Below, piece by piece: positions 1-10,607 of a stretch of 64,000 nucleotides of DNA. The DNA comes from an uncultured Anaerolinea sp. (GTDB lineage Bacteria > Chloroflexota > Anaerolineae > Anaerolineales > UBA4823): the NCBI GenBank assembly GCA_964503145.1, contig CAZCYV010000015.1, positions 20,378 to 84,377 of the forward strand. Direction: 5' to 3'. Made by a program: the position numbers and the translations under genes. Numbering within the stretch: the first letter of the stretch is position 1; every line of letters starts with the position of its first letter. The notes below the pieces were generated by a model, which saw only the letters and a program-made list of their open reading frames with translations, was not told where the DNA came from and made no database searches.

Positions 1-192
1 GCTTCGCTGGAGATGCTGGAAGGGCTGACTCTACCCGGCGTGGCAGCGCTTCAGGATAAATAACCATTGATTGTGGGCGAGGGATGAAAGGTGCAACTCT
101 CATCCCTCGCTATCATCTGTCGTTTTCTGTCATTAAGGACCCTTTTGGGTCTGCAGGGCTTTTAGGGCTTGGAGCCGTAGCAGGAGCAGCAG

Positions 193-2133
193 ATGCCATT
201 CGTGGTTGGCGAAAATATCGGACCCTACAGGCTGATAGAACAGCGGGGACAGGGCGGGATGGCCACTGTATTCAAAGCTTACCACCCAGCGCTGGATCGC
301 TATGTTGCTATCAAGGTGTTGCATCCGGCATTTACCCAGCAAGCGAACTTCCTAGCGCGTTTTCGGCGTGAGGCGCAGGTGGTAGCGCGGCTGGAGCACC
401 CCAACATTGTGCCAGTTTATGATTACGCAGAATATGAGAATCGCCCCTATCTGGTGATGAAGTTCATTGAAGGCGAAACGCTCAAGCGCCGATTGGAGCG
501 CGGAGCGATAGAGTGGCAGGAGTTGCTCAAAATCGTCGAAAGCGTCGGCGCAGCATTGAGCTATGCCCACGCTCAGGGGGTGTTGCATCGCGATGTGAAA
601 CCTTCCAATGTGCTTCTGGCCAACGATGGGCGGATTTACCTGGCGGATTTCGGACTGGCGAGAATTGCAGAAGCAGGCGAGTCGACGATCTCTACCGATT
701 CAATGTTGGGCACACCACAATATATCTCTCCCGAGCAAGCATTGGGTCGTAAAGACCTGGACAGGCGGGTGGATATTTACTCTTTCGGCGTGGTGCTCTA
801 TGAACTTCTGGTGGGCAGAGTCCCGTTTAGCGCTGATACGCCATATTCTATCATTCATGACCACATCTATGCGCCATTACCTCTGCCTCGAAGCATCAAT
901 CCGAATCTGTCCGAGGCCGTGGAACGCGTTCTGCTCAAGGCGCTTGCCAAAGATCGCAATGATCGCTACGCGGATGTGGAGATGCTGCTGGCTGCCTGGC
1001 GCGAGGCGGTGAAGCCTGACATGGGTGAAGCAGCGCCTGAACTCGTGCAAGTAATCGGCCAACCATCTGAGTCTCCAGCCGAGTTAGTGCAGGTGATCTC
1101 CAGGCCAGCGGAGCTGTCGGCCAGCGTTGCACAGACTATTGTCCTGGACGAAGGGCAGGCGAATCCCCCGCCGGCCGCGCCATTAACAGGCCGAGACAAG
1201 GCTGGCGCGCCGGTTGTTTCGGGACACCCGAGAGGCGCTTTCGACCGATGGCGATGGGTATTCGTTGCTTTGCTTGCGTTGTTTTTGTTTGTCGCTGGCG
1301 CTATGGCGCTCTCGCCCGGCTTGCGTAACCGTGTCGCCTTGATCCAGAGCGCTTTGCCGCCGCCAGCCGCCCTGGTGGCGACCACCATGCCTCCATCCAC
1401 AACAGGTGCACTTCCCTCTGCAACTTTTGCCTCCCCGACAGCCACCTCCTGGCCGCCGACTTCTACCTCTCGGCCCCCAACTTCTACTCCTCGGCCCCCA
1501 ACTGCCGAATTGCGCCGCTCGCCCGACTTGATTCATCAGGCGATCCAACTTGTGACCCAGCACCCTAATGACCCAGATGCCCATCTCGAGCTGGCCCTGG
1601 CTTATATGGCGCAAGATAAACCGTTCGAGGCGCGGCAGGCTCTCGAGAAGGCGGTGCGCCTGGCTGGTAATGCACCTGAGTTTATGGTGCGCGCTGGCGA
1701 CCGTCTATTGGAGCGTCAGTCCTGGCTGGCGGCGGCTGGTATGTATGTGCTGGCAATCCAGCGCTTACCCTCGCCCGCGCCGCCGGAGTTGCAGAACCAC
1801 ATGTATCAATCCATGTACATGGCGGCCAGCCTCCCCGAGGCAGGCGACTTGCTCATCTTTTTACCTGAAGATCGATTGGCCCCGGGTATTGCAGAGTTAT
1901 GCCGCGGGCGACATGCGCTGTTTCAAGGGGAGCTGCCGGCAGCGCGCAGCATCGCGCGCCATCTTCGGGAAGAATTTCCCGACATGCGCGAAGTTGGCTT
2001 GCTCGAGGCCGAAATCGCCCTGAAGTCCGGCGAAGTGGATGCCGCCAGGAATCAGCTGAACAATCTATTGCGCGACCCCCAGCTATCCCCATGGGGGCGG
2101 CGAATAGCCCAATATTTACTGAATCAATCCTGA
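193..2133 (+). CDS. Hanks-type Ser/Thr protein kinase with a TM segment, Thr/Pro-rich linker and C-terminal TPR-like region
   Basis: N-terminus has GQGGMATVFKA (G-loop), VAIKVL (beta3 Lys), HRDVKPSNVLL (catalytic loop), DFG and SPEQ (APE-like). A hydrophobic stretch WRWVFVALLALFLFVAGAMAL follows. Next comes a PTSTSRPPTSTPRPP linker and helical repeats resembling TPR. Confidence 0.85.
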   Translation: MPFVVGENIGPYRLIEQRGQGGMATVFKAYHPALDRYVAIKVLHPAFTQQANFLARFRREAQVVARLEHPNIVPVYDYAEYENRPYLVMKFIEGETLKRRLERGAIEWQELLKIVESVGAALSYAHAQGVLHRDVKPSNVLLANDGRIYLADFGLARIAEAGESTISTDSMLGTPQYISPEQALGRKDLDRRVDIYSFGVVLYELLVGRVPFSADTPYSIIHDHIYAPLPLPRSINPNLSEAVERVLLKALAKDRNDRYADVEMLLAAWREAVKPDMGEAAPELVQVIGQPSESPAELVQVISRPAELSASVAQTIVLDEGQANPPPAAPLTGRDKAGAPVVSGHPRGAFDRWRWVFVALLALFLFVAGAMALSPGLRNRVALIQSALPPPAALVATTMPPSTTGALPSATFASPTATSWPPTSTSRPPTSTPRPPTAELRRSPDLIHQAIQLVTQHPNDPDAHLELALAYMAQDKPFEARQALEKAVRLAGNAPEFMVRAGDRLLERQSWLAAAGMYVLAIQRLPSPAPPELQNHMYQSMYMAASLPEAGDLLIFLPEDRLAPGIAELCRGRHALFQGELPAARSIARHLREEFPDMREVGLLEAEIALKSGEVDAARNQLNNLLRDPQLSPWGRRIAQYLLNQS

Positions 2134-2147
2134 CAAATGAGGACAAA

Positions 2148-2909
2148 ATGCGCAAACCATTCGTAGCAGGCAACTGGAAGATGTTCAAGACGGTGGCAGA
2201 GGCGCGTCACTTAGTATCAGAGCTGGTGCCGGGTTTGCAGGCCATCCAGGGGGTAGAGAAAGTGATCTGCCCGCCTTTCACGTCGCTGCTGGCAGTGGCG
2301 GCTCTGCTGGAAGGGACAGACATTGGCCTGGGCGCCCAGAACATGCATTGGGAGCTTTCCGGCGCGTTCACCGGCGAGATCTCGCCGACGATGCTGGCCG
2401 AGTTGTGCCATTACGTCATCCTGGGCCATTCAGAGCGGCGTACCTATTTCGGCGAGACCGACGAGATGGTCAACCGTAAGGTGCAGGCTGCGCTGGCTCA
2501 TGAACTGACCCCCATCGTGTGTGTGGGCGAAACGCTGGCCGAAAACGAGGCTGGGCGCACCGCAGAAGTGGTGGCGCGTCAGGTGCGGTTGGCTCTGGCG
2601 GATGTGAAGCTGTCGGCAGAGGGTGTCGCTCCCTTCGTTATTGCCTACGAGCCGGTTTGGGCAATCGGCACCGGGCGGGCAGCCACCGCCGAGGGCGCAG
2701 CGCAGGTGGTGCGCGAGGTGATCCGACCAACGGTTGCGGAGTTGTTTGGCGCAGCGACAGCACAAGCGGTGCGCGTGCTATACGGAGGTTCGGTGAACGC
2801 CAAGAACGCTGCCGAGTTCTTCGCCGAGCCTGAGATCGATGGGGCGCTGGTAGGCGGCGCCAGCCTGAAAGCGTCGGAATTCACGCAAATCGTGCAGGCC
2901 GCTGCCTGA
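2148..2909 (+). CDS. tpiA: Triosephosphate isomerase
   Basis: MRKPFVAGNWKMFKT start, ILGHSERR, VCVGE and AYEPVWAIGTG motifs. I trimmed the listed ORF (1899) to the ATG at 2148, 15 nt after the kinase stop. Confidence 0.95.
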   Translation: MRKPFVAGNWKMFKTVAEARHLVSELVPGLQAIQGVEKVICPPFTSLLAVAALLEGTDIGLGAQNMHWELSGAFTGEISPTMLAELCHYVILGHSERRTYFGETDEMVNRKVQAALAHELTPIVCVGETLAENEAGRTAEVVARQVRLALADVKLSAEGVAPFVIAYEPVWAIGTGRAATAEGAAQVVREVIRPTVAELFGAATAQAVRVLYGGSVNAKNAAEFFAEPEIDGALVGGASLKASEFTQIVQAAA

Positions 2910-2960
2910 AGTTTATGCGTGTAGGGACAGTTTTGGCCGCGCCCTGGCTGGAGGTGAAGG

Positions 2961-3722
2961 GTGCCCGGGGCGCTGCATAGCCTGGGGTGGCTCCTGCTCT
3001 CGCTGGGGCCACTTCTGTTTTTGCAGCGCCTGCTGCACCGCCAGGTGCAGACCTTATTTCTGTTGATCACCCGGCGCAGTGATCTTTCCATTGCCCTGTT
3101 CGCGTTGCTGTTCTTCCCCGGCGTACTGCTGCACGAAGGTAGCCATTACCTGGCGGCTAAGTTGCTGCGGGTGCGCACCGGGCGCTTTTCGATCATTCCA
3201 CGCCCCTTGCCCAACGGGCGATTACAGATGGGCTATGTCGAGACCGCCGCGTCGGATTGGGCGCGAGATACGCTGATCGGAGCCGCGCCGCTGATCACAG
3301 GCGGGTTGTTCGTGGCCTATGCCGGGTTGGCCCGATTGGGGCTTTTAGAGCTGTGGCAAATGTGGAAATCCAGCGGCTGGGAGGCGGCGTTAGCGATGCT
3401 CCCTCAGATCACGGCAGGATCCGATTTTTGGGTGTGGTTCTACCTGACGCTGGTGGTGAGTAGCACGATGCTGCCTTCAGCGTCTGATCGGCGCGCTTGG
3501 CTGCCGCTGGGACTGACCGTCCTGGCGCTGCTGGGCGCCAGTCTGTTAGCGGGGATAGGGCCGTGGCTGGAGCAACACCTGGCGCCGGTTTTAGAGGCGC
3601 TGTTTCTGTCGGCAGCGGTTGTGTTTGCCATTAGCGCAGGGGCGCATTTGTTGTTGGTGATGCCCTTATGGTTGATTACCAGGTCGTTGATGAGATGGTT
3701 GAAGTTGGAGATAATATCCTGA
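2961..3722 (+). CDS. Polytopic membrane protein with an HExxH motif (possible membrane metalloprotease)
   Basis: GTG start. Several hydrophobic helices. LLHEGSHYLAAKLL contains HEGSH (HExxH). I recognise no further family signature. Confidence 0.5.
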   Translation: MPGALHSLGWLLLSLGPLLFLQRLLHRQVQTLFLLITRRSDLSIALFALLFFPGVLLHEGSHYLAAKLLRVRTGRFSIIPRPLPNGRLQMGYVETAASDWARDTLIGAAPLITGGLFVAYAGLARLGLLELWQMWKSSGWEAALAMLPQITAGSDFWVWFYLTLVVSSTMLPSASDRRAWLPLGLTVLALLGASLLAGIGPWLEQHLAPVLEALFLSAAVVFAISAGAHLLLVMPLWLITRSLMRWLKLEIIS

Positions 3723-3833
3723 CGCGGACGGCTAATCCTCCTGACATACGAGGCTGTGAAAGGGGCTTTTACGCGGATTGCCGGCGGTGCCAGAAGGGCG
3801 CTCTACGGAGTCGCTCTCTCGACGAAAACAAGT

Positions 3834-4124
3834 TCAGTTCTCGATGAACTCCCCGCCGCTGACCTCGCGGCTGAGCAGCCGCCGGTTGGCGTCGTAGGTC
3901 AGTTCGACCTGGATGCGCTGGAAGCAGCGCCCTTCACCGATCAACACTTTGCGGCAAAAGTAGATGGCTCTGCCGCTCTCGTCGTACTCCAGGCTCAGGT
4001 CGTTGTACAGGTTCACCCGCGTGCGGATTATCTCGCCACAGCGGTGACAACGCACTTCGATCCAGTCCACCGGCGTGGCGGATTTGGATGCGAAAAAGCG
4101 GGTCAATTTCTCCAACAAGCTCAT
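3834..4124 (-). CDS. Small hypothetical protein (96 aa) with CxxC plus two further Cys
   Basis: Trimmed to the internal ATG at 4124 (MSLLEKLTRFF...). Contains VRCHRCGEII ... YFCRKV ... GRCFQ. No recognised family. Confidence 0.4.
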   Translation of the reverse strand: MSLLEKLTRFFASKSATPVDWIEVRCHRCGEIIRTRVNLYNDLSLEYDESGRAIYFCRKVLIGEGRCFQRIQVELTYDANRRLLSREVSGGEFIEN

Positions 4125-4216
4125 CGTAACGCCCTCCGGAAAAATTATAGCATCACCTGCGTCGCTTTCCGATACAGTTATCCGCTGAAATCCCCTCCGA
4201 CGCAGCGACGCCTTAT

Positions 4217-4225
4217 TGGTATAAT
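4217..4225 (+). promoter_or_regulatory. Candidate extended -10 promoter element TGgTATAAT
   Basis: Exact TGnTATAAT on the + strand, about 190 nt upstream of uvrA. No good -35. Assignment to uvrA is an inference. Confidence 0.3.
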
Positions 4226-4269
4226 CCTTCTTCGCGATTGAGGCTGAGCGACCCAACCTGAAACAAATG

Positions 4270-4278
4270 TGCTATAAT
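4270..4278 (+). promoter_or_regulatory. Candidate extended -10 promoter element TGcTATAAT
   Basis: Second exact TGnTATAAT, 135 nt upstream of the uvrA ATG. Confidence 0.35.
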
Positions 4279-4412
4279 CGCGCTCTGGTCTGTCTGCATC
4301 ATCGCTCACTCCAGACCAACCCAATGCTGATGCTAAACATGATACGCTGCCTGGGCGCCGCAAGCCAGCAGCCGATTATTATTAACCGTAAGAGTGATCA
4401 CGGATTGTACCT

Positions 4413-7349
4413 ATGTCTCAAAACGTTATTCGCGTCGTCGGAGCGCGCGAGCACAACCTGAAGAACATCACCGTCGAGATCCCGCGCGACAAATTTGTCG
4501 TCATCACCGGCCTCTCTGGCTCAGGCAAGTCCTCGCTGGCGTTCGACACCATCTTTGCCGAGGGCCAGCGGCGCTATGTCGAGTCGCTCTCGGCTTACGC
4601 TCGCCAGTTCCTGGGACAGATGGAGAAGCCCGATGTGGATTACATCGAAGGGCTCTCGCCAGCCGTCTCTATCGACCAGAAGGGCGCCTCGCACAACCCG
4701 CGTTCCACCGTAGGCACGGTGACTGAAATCTACGATTACCTGCGTTTGCTCTTTGCCCGCGCCGGTATTCCCCATTGCCCCGTCTGCGGCCGGGAAGTCG
4801 CTCGCCAGTCGGCTCAGGAGATCGTCGAAGAGATCGAGCGCTTGCCCGAAGGCTCCCGACTGCTCATCCTGTCCCCGCTGGTGCGCGGCCGCAAGGGCAC
4901 CCATCAGGCTGTGCTGGAGGAGATCCGCAAGGCCGGCTTCGTGCGCGCCCGCGTGGATGGCGTCGTCCACGAGCTGGAAGAGGATATCCAGATGGATCGC
5001 TACAAAATCCACACTATCGAGGCGGTAGTCGATCGCCTGGTGATCCGCCGCTACGAGGACGAAAGCGAGGCGAACGCTGCCCGTTCGCGCCTGACCGATT
5101 CGGTCGAGACTGCGCTCAAGTTTGGCGAGGGCTACCTGACTGTGCACATTCTGCCCTCCCCAACGGCTGTTGAAGCGAGAGGAGATGGAGGCGAGGGGAG
5201 CGAGGGCGAACCCCAGGGCCGTGACTTGTATTTCTCCGAACACCTGGCCTGCCCGGAGCACGGCTCGGTGCTGCCGGAGATCGAACCGCGCACTTTCTCC
5301 TTCAACACCCCGCACGGCGCCTGTCCCGATTGCCAGGGACTGGGCGGCAAGCTGGAGATCGACCCTGATCTGCTCATCCCCGACCGGGAGCTGTCGCTGA
5401 ACGAGGGCGCCATCGTTGCCAGCGAGTGGCGCGGCCCGCGCGAGGAGGGCGGTTATTACTGGCAGGCGCTGGAGGCGGTAGCTCGCCACTATCACATTGA
5501 TCTGGACGCGCCGGTCAAGGACATCCCACCGGAAAAGCTCGACCTGTTGCTTTACGGTACCCGCGGCCAGGAAGTCACGGTGCATTACCGAAACAAGGAT
5601 GGGCGTCAGTCCACCTTCCGCATGGCTTTCGAGGGGGTGATCGGCAACCTGCAGCGGCGCTACAACGAGACCGGCTCGGAATATATGCGCGAGCGCATCG
5701 CCGAGTTGATGAGCGAGCAGATTTGTCCCACCTGCAACGGGGCGCGCCTGCGCAAGGAAGCCCTGGCGGTGACCGTGGATGGTGTCAACATCGTCGAAGT
5801 CACCCAGTGGCCGGTGATCCGCACACTGGAATGGGCGCGGCGGCTGAGTGGACCCGACACCCCGCTCACCCCGCGTCAGCAGGCCATCTCCGAGCGCATC
5901 CTGAAGGAAATCCTGGCACGCCTGGGTTTCCTGGTCGATGTCGGCCTGGATTACCTGACCCTGCAGCGCTCAGCTTCGACCCTTTCGGGCGGCGAGGCGC
6001 AGCGCATCCGCCTGGCGACGCAGATCGGTTCGCGTCTGATGGGTGTGCTCTACGTGCTTGATGAGCCGTCGATTGGCCTGCACCCGCGCGATAACACTCG
6101 CCTGCTCAACACTTTGATGGGCCTGCGCGACCTGGGCAACACTGTCCTGGTGGTGGAGCACGACACCGAGACTATCCGCTCCGCCGACTGGATCGTGGAC
6201 TTAGGGCCGCTGGCAGGCGAACACGGGGGTAAGGTGGTCGCCGAAGGCACGGTGGAGGATATCCTCAATGCGCCTGAGTCGCTCACTGGCGCCTACCTCT
6301 CCGGCAAGCTACGCGTGCCGATCCCGAAGACGCGCCGCAGCGGCAACGGCAAGGTGCTGAGCATCCTGGGAGCGCGCGAGAACAACTTGAAGAACATCGA
6401 TGTGCACATCCCGCTGGGGCGGCTGGTGTGCATCACGGGCGTCTCTGGCTCGGGCAAGTCCACCTTGATGGTGGAGATCCTATACAAGGCACTGGCGCGC
6501 GCCCTGAACGGCGCCCACACTCAACCGGGACAGCATGATCGCATCCTGGGGCTGGAGCACCTGGATAAGATCATCAATATCGACCAGTCACCCATTGGGC
6601 GCACGCCGCGCTCGAACCCAGGCACCTACACCGGCCTTTTCGACCTGATCCGCAACCTGTTCGCTGAGCTGCCGGAGAGCAAGGTGCGCGGCTACAAACC
6701 GGGGCGCTTCTCGTTCAACGTGCACGGTGGGCGCTGCGAGGCCTGCCAGGGCCAGGGGCAATTGCGCATCGAGATGCAGTTCCTGCCGGATGTGTATGTG
6801 CCCTGTGACGTGTGCCACGGAGCGCGCTTCAACCGCGAGACTTTGCAGGTGCGCTTCAAGGACCTGAACATCGCCGATGTGCTCGACCTGACCGTGGACG
6901 CCGCGCTGGAGTTGTTTGGCGCTTTCCCGCCCATGGTCAGCCGTTTGCAGACGCTGCAGGACGTCGGGCTGGGCTACATCCGTATCGGGCAACCCGCGCC
7001 GACGCTCTCCGGCGGCGAGGCGCAGCGGGTCAAGCTGGCTAAGGAGCTTTCCCGCCGCGCTACCGGCCGCACGCTGTACGTGCTGGATGAGCCTTCGGTA
7101 GGCCTGCACGCCGCCGATGTGCACAAGCTGATCGAGGTCTTGCAGCGTCTGGTGGACGCGGGCAACAGCGTGCTGATCATCGAGCACAACCTGGACATCA
7201 TCAAGGTGGCGGATTACATCATCGACCTGGGTCCGGAGGGCGGCGACCGCGGCGGGGAGATCGTCGTCGAAGGCACTCCCGAAGAAGTGTGCGCTACAGA
7301 CCGTTCCTTCACCGGGCAGCACCTGCGGCCGTTCATCTGCGAGAGGTAG
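4413..7349 (+). CDS. uvrA: Excinuclease ABC subunit A
   Basis: 978 aa. Two ABC ATPase modules ([12 protein letters not shown] and [10 protein letters not shown] Walker A; LSGGEAQR signatures twice). Zinc-finger Cys pairs ([25 protein letters not shown]). Confidence 0.97.
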   Translation: MSQNVIRVVGAREHNLKNITVEIPRDKFVVITGLSGSGKSSLAFDTIFAEGQRRYVESLSAYARQFLGQMEKPDVDYIEGLSPAVSIDQKGASHNPRSTVGTVTEIYDYLRLLFARAGIPHCPVCGREVARQSAQEIVEEIERLPEGSRLLILSPLVRGRKGTHQAVLEEIRKAGFVRARVDGVVHELEEDIQMDRYKIHTIEAVVDRLVIRRYEDESEANAARSRLTDSVETALKFGEGYLTVHILPSPTAVEARGDGGEGSEGEPQGRDLYFSEHLACPEHGSVLPEIEPRTFSFNTPHGACPDCQGLGGKLEIDPDLLIPDRELSLNEGAIVASEWRGPREEGGYYWQALEAVARHYHIDLDAPVKDIPPEKLDLLLYGTRGQEVTVHYRNKDGRQSTFRMAFEGVIGNLQRRYNETGSEYMRERIAELMSEQICPTCNGARLRKEALAVTVDGVNIVEVTQWPVIRTLEWARRLSGPDTPLTPRQQAISERILKEILARLGFLVDVGLDYLTLQRSASTLSGGEAQRIRLATQIGSRLMGVLYVLDEPSIGLHPRDNTRLLNTLMGLRDLGNTVLVVEHDTETIRSADWIVDLGPLAGEHGGKVVAEGTVEDILNAPESLTGAYLSGKLRVPIPKTRRSGNGKVLSILGARENNLKNIDVHIPLGRLVCITGVSGSGKSTLMVEILYKALARALNGAHTQPGQHDRILGLEHLDKIINIDQSPIGRTPRSNPGTYTGLFDLIRNLFAELPESKVRGYKPGRFSFNVHGGRCEACQGQGQLRIEMQFLPDVYVPCDVCHGARFNRETLQVRFKDLNIADVLDLTVDAALELFGAFPPMVSRLQTLQDVGLGYIRIGQPAPTLSGGEAQRVKLAKELSRRATGRTLYVLDEPSVGLHAADVHKLIEVLQRLVDAGNSVLIIEHNLDIIKVADYIIDLGPEGGDRGGEIVVEGTPEEVCATDRSFTGQHLRPFICER

Positions 7350-7350
7350 T

Positions 7351-7920
7351 TTGAGTGTTATAATTCCGTCGCCCATTGCAACACCGGGGTCGAGTCGCTC
7401 TATGCCCTATCACTGGTACGCCTTACGCTCCAAGTCCCGCAAGGAAGATGCGGTCGTGCGCCAGGTGCAATCCCTGGGTTTCGAGTTGTATTATCCATGC
7501 CTGCGGGTGCATCCGGTGAACCCGCGCTCGCGCAAGATCGTCCCCTATTTTCCGGGCTATCTGTTCGTCAGGGCAGATCTGGAACAGGTGGGGATTTCGG
7601 TGTTTCAATGGATGCCGCACACCATCGGCCTGGTCAGCTTTGGCGGTGAACCGGCGGTGGTCCCAGAGAATTTGATCACCGCGATTCAGGACCGAGTGGA
7701 TGAGATCAATGCCGCTGGCGGCGAGGTCTTCAACGGGTTGAAGCCAGGCGATGTGGTGTGGATCAGCAATGGGCCATTCGAGGGCTACGAGGCGATCTTC
7801 GACGCCCGCCTGCCGGGCAGCGAGCGCGTACGAGTGCTGCTGGAGTTTCTGGGCAATCGGCGTAAGGTGCCTGTGGAGTTGAACGTTTCACAAATCGTGC
7901 GTAAGAAGCGTAGGGGGTAG
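7351..7920 (+). CDS. NusG-family transcription antitermination paralog (NGN + KOW)
   Basis: WYALRSKSRKEDAV...YYP...PYFPGYLFV (NGN-like) and KPGDVVWISNGPFEGYEAIF (KOW). The listed start is TTG at 7351. An ATG at 7402 (MPYHWYAL) is an equally plausible start. Confidence 0.75.
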   Translation: MSVIIPSPIATPGSSRSMPYHWYALRSKSRKEDAVVRQVQSLGFELYYPCLRVHPVNPRSRKIVPYFPGYLFVRADLEQVGISVFQWMPHTIGLVSFGGEPAVVPENLITAIQDRVDEINAAGGEVFNGLKPGDVVWISNGPFEGYEAIFDARLPGSERVRVLLEFLGNRRKVPVELNVSQIVRKKRRG

Positions 7921-8002
7921 GTCGGCGTCGGTGGATGATGACACCTGACCTTTTCGCGATCCCGAAATAAACCCTGGCGATAGGAAAAGGAAATCGAAGA
8001 AG

Positions 8003-9070
8003 ATGAAAAAAGCACTAATTACCGGTATCACCGGGCAAGATGGCTCTTATCTGGCGGAGCTGCTGCTATCCAAAGGCTATGAGGTGCATGGGCTGATCCG
8101 CCGGGCGAGCACCTTCAACACGGGGCGCATCGACCATCTCTATCGCGACCCGCACAATGGCAACGAAGTGCGTCTGTACCTGCACTATGGGGATATGTCC
8201 AACACGGGTAACCTGGTGGACCTGATCTACAATATCCGCCCGGATGAGGTGTATCACCTGGCGGCGCAAAGCCATGTGCGGGTCAGCTTCGACCTGCCGG
8301 AGTACACCGGCGACATCACCGGCCTGGGCACGCTGCGCATCCTGGAGGCGATCCGCAAGAGCGGCAGCAAGGCGCGTTTCTACCAGGCTTCGTCCAGCGA
8401 GATGTATGGCAGCGCCAAGCCGCCGCAAAACGAGCAGACCCCCTTCGAGCCGCAAAGCCCGTACGCAGCGGCCAAGCTGTTTTCTTACTGGGTGACGCGC
8501 AACTACCGGCAGGGCTATGGCCTGTTTGCTAGCAATGGTATCTTGTTCAACCATGAATCGCCGCGCCGCGGCGAGACCTTTGTCACGCGCAAGATCACTC
8601 GCGCCGTGGCGCACATCCTGGCGGGGAAACAGAAGACGCTATATCTGGGGAATCTGGATGCCAAGCGAGACTGGGGCTACGCGCCGGATTACGTTGCGGC
8701 GATGTGGAAAATCCTGCAACACGACCGGCCTGACGATTTTGTGATCGGCACCGGCGAGGCGCACTCAGTGCGCGAATTCCTCGATGAAGCCTTCGGTTAC
8801 GTTGGGTTGGATTGGAAGGAATACGTCAAGATCGACGCGCGCTATTTTCGCCCGACCGAAGTGGACTTCTTGCAGGCGGATGCGACGCGCGCCAGAGAGA
8901 TCCTGGGTTGGGAGCCGCGGGTGCGCTTCCGGGATCTGGTGCGAGTGATGGTGGACGCCGATCTGGAGTTGCTTGGACTGGAATCGCCGGGCGAGGGGCG
9001 TAAAATCCTGGAAGCGCACCACGGCCCCTGGCACCGCTGGGAGGATCAAGTCGTTTCGATGGAGGGGTGA
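8003..9070 (+). CDS. gmd: GDP-mannose 4,6-dehydratase
   Basis: [22 protein letters not shown]..., SSEMYG, YAAAKL (YxxxK), [10 protein letters not shown]. Near full-length similarity to Gmd from memory. Confidence 0.95.
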   Translation: MKKALITGITGQDGSYLAELLLSKGYEVHGLIRRASTFNTGRIDHLYRDPHNGNEVRLYLHYGDMSNTGNLVDLIYNIRPDEVYHLAAQSHVRVSFDLPEYTGDITGLGTLRILEAIRKSGSKARFYQASSSEMYGSAKPPQNEQTPFEPQSPYAAAKLFSYWVTRNYRQGYGLFASNGILFNHESPRRGETFVTRKITRAVAHILAGKQKTLYLGNLDAKRDWGYAPDYVAAMWKILQHDRPDDFVIGTGEAHSVREFLDEAFGYVGLDWKEYVKIDARYFRPTEVDFLQADATRAREILGWEPRVRFRDLVRVMVDADLELLGLESPGEGRKILEAHHGPWHRWEDQVVSMEG

Positions 9071-10083
9071 GCGGGCTGAGGCGCTCTCTTCCTTCCCGCG
9101 CCTTGCGGCTGGGGCTGGCGCTGGCGATCAGCGGGCTGACGGTCTATCTGGCTTTGCGCCAGGTGGATCTGGTCCAGGTGGGGGAAGTGCTCGAACAGGC
9201 GGACTGGCGTTTCGCTATGCTGGGCGTCTTGAGTGGGACGCTGGGGTTGGGATTCAAGATCGGGCGCTGGCTGTTGTTGCTTCGAGAGCGACCAGACTCC
9301 CACCGGGCGGGCGACAACGGCTTTTGGCAGTGGAAGCCGGCTGCCGCTTCGTTTTTGTCTGCGCAGTTAATCAACAATTTTTACCCCTTGCGTGTGGGCG
9401 AGATCGGTCGGGTGGCGGTGGTGGGCCGAGCCGGCGCAGGCTATGCTTTCGTGGCGGGCACGATCGCTGTGGAGAAGGTGTTCGACCTGGCTGCCTTTGG
9501 CGCGCTGGTGGGGTTGCTGCTTGCCAACCTGGGCGTCAGCGACCTGTTTGGTGAAGCGGCGTATTGGCTGGCGGGCCTTGGGCTGGTTGCGCTGGTAGGG
9601 GCGCTTTGGGCGGCTGCGCAACAGGAGCGACTGGCAGGCCGAGCGCTGGCCTGGCTGCGCTGGCTGCCCGGTGAATGGGATGTCTGGTTGGCACGCCAGA
9701 TCCGTCAGGCGCTTACCGGACTGGGTGCATTGCGCCGCCCTGGCAGCCTGGCCGCTCTGGCGGCGCTGACGGCGTTGATCTGGGGGCTGGCGTGGTGGAC
9801 CAATCAGCTTGTGGCTCAGGCCCTGGGTCTGAGCCTGCCACCGAGCGCTGCGCTGTTGGTGCTGGTGGCTTTGCAAATTGGCATCTCGTTGCCGTCATTG
9901 CCAGGGCGCCTGGGCATCTTCGAGTATGTTTGTATCCTGGCGCTGCGAAGCTTTGGAATCGACCCGGAAATCGGGCTGAGTTACGGTATACTTCTTCACG
10001 TTGTGGTTTACCTGCCGATCATCTTTGCTGGGTTGCCGGCTGTGTGGTTGTGGCCGCTAGCCCAAGTCCAACCGACCAGATGA
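9067..10083 (+). CDS. Lysyl-phosphatidylglycerol-synthase-TM-region-like (UPF0104/flippase-like) membrane protein
   Basis: GTG start overlapping the gmd stop by 4 nt. About 8 hydrophobic helices. The N-terminal pattern [19 protein letters not shown]...LEQADW is typical of that family. Family call is from memory. Confidence 0.55.
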   Translation: MSGLRRSLPSRALRLGLALAISGLTVYLALRQVDLVQVGEVLEQADWRFAMLGVLSGTLGLGFKIGRWLLLLRERPDSHRAGDNGFWQWKPAAASFLSAQLINNFYPLRVGEIGRVAVVGRAGAGYAFVAGTIAVEKVFDLAAFGALVGLLLANLGVSDLFGEAAYWLAGLGLVALVGALWAAAQQERLAGRALAWLRWLPGEWDVWLARQIRQALTGLGALRRPGSLAALAALTALIWGLAWWTNQLVAQALGLSLPPSAALLVLVALQIGISLPSLPGRLGIFEYVCILALRSFGIDPEIGLSYGILLHVVVYLPIIFAGLPAVWLWPLAQVQPTR

Positions 10084-10121
10084 GATCGGTATGAGGTCTT
10101 TAGGAGATCGCTGAACGAAGC

Positions 10122-10607
10122 ATGCATTCCGTGTTATTCGTTTGTACGGCAAATATCTGTCGCTCGCCCATGGCCATGGGGCTCTTGCGCTCCAAAGTAG
10201 AAACGGAAGCGGACGAATGGCGGATCGACTCGGCGGGGATATGGGCGCAACGCGGGCTGCCTGCGGCGCAATATACGCGTGAGGTGTTGCGAGCGCGCGG
10301 CATTGATCTGGAGGACTATCGCTCCAAGCCGCTCTCGCGCGAGATGCTGGAGGATTTCAATCTGATCCTGGCCATGGAAAACAATCATCGCGAGGCGCTG
10401 CGCGCCGCTTTTCCCCAACATGCAGGAAAAATATTCCTGCTCAGCGAGATGATCGACCGATCTAACGATGTGGTCGATCCAGTGGGTGGACCGCTGGCCG
10501 ATTTCGAAGACACGGCGCGCGAGATCGAAACGATCCTGGAACAGGGTTATGAGCGAATCTACAGGCTGGCCGCGGACGACATCCCTGCCGAGCAATCCCA
10601 AATCTGA
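10122..10607 (+). CDS. Low-molecular-weight protein-tyrosine phosphatase
   Basis: VLFVCTANICRSPMA (CX5R(S) P-loop) and a DP motif near VVDPVGG. Confidence 0.85.
   Translation: MHSVLFVCTANICRSPMAMGLLRSKVETEADEWRIDSAGIWAQRGLPAAQYTREVLRARGIDLEDYRSKPLSREMLEDFNLILAMENNHREALRAAFPQHAGKIFLLSEMIDRSNDVVDPVGGPLADFEDTAREIETILEQGYERIYRLAADDIPAEQSQI

Noticed and set aside
1-63. Possible 3' end of an upstream CDS (...ASLEMLEGLTLPGVAALQDK*) in frame 1.
   Set aside because: Only 20 codons are visible, with no motif and a mediocre third-position bias. That is not enough evidence to report a feature.
4124-4412. Search for a LexA box or attenuator in the long uvrA upstream region. It includes the inverted repeats GCGTCGCT...AGCGACGC and CTGGTCTG...CAGACCA.
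   Set aside because: No GAAC-N4-GTTC-like site is present. The inverted repeats are short with long loops and no U-tract. I kept only the two extended -10 elements, at low confidence.
5022-5480. Two GGCGGTAG (RfaH ops-like) octamers inside uvrA, upstream of the NusG paralog.
   Set aside because: They lie inside a coding region of a different gene. About two chance occurrences of any 8-mer are expected in this window. The ops element is specific to enterobacterial RfaH.
4521-5585. Long antisense ORFs opposite strongly supported genes. Examples: 4521..5585(-) in uvrA, 45667..47151(-), 50245..51675(-), 51839..53308(-), 53381..55000(-) in leuS, 34280..35404(+), 40840..41598(+), 58188..58859(+), 60336..61250(+), 61911..63176(+).
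   Set aside because: Their products are Arg/Ala/Gly/Pro-rich low-complexity strings with no motifs. They mirror genes with clear family signatures. This is typical stop-codon depletion on the antisense strand of high-GC coding DNA.
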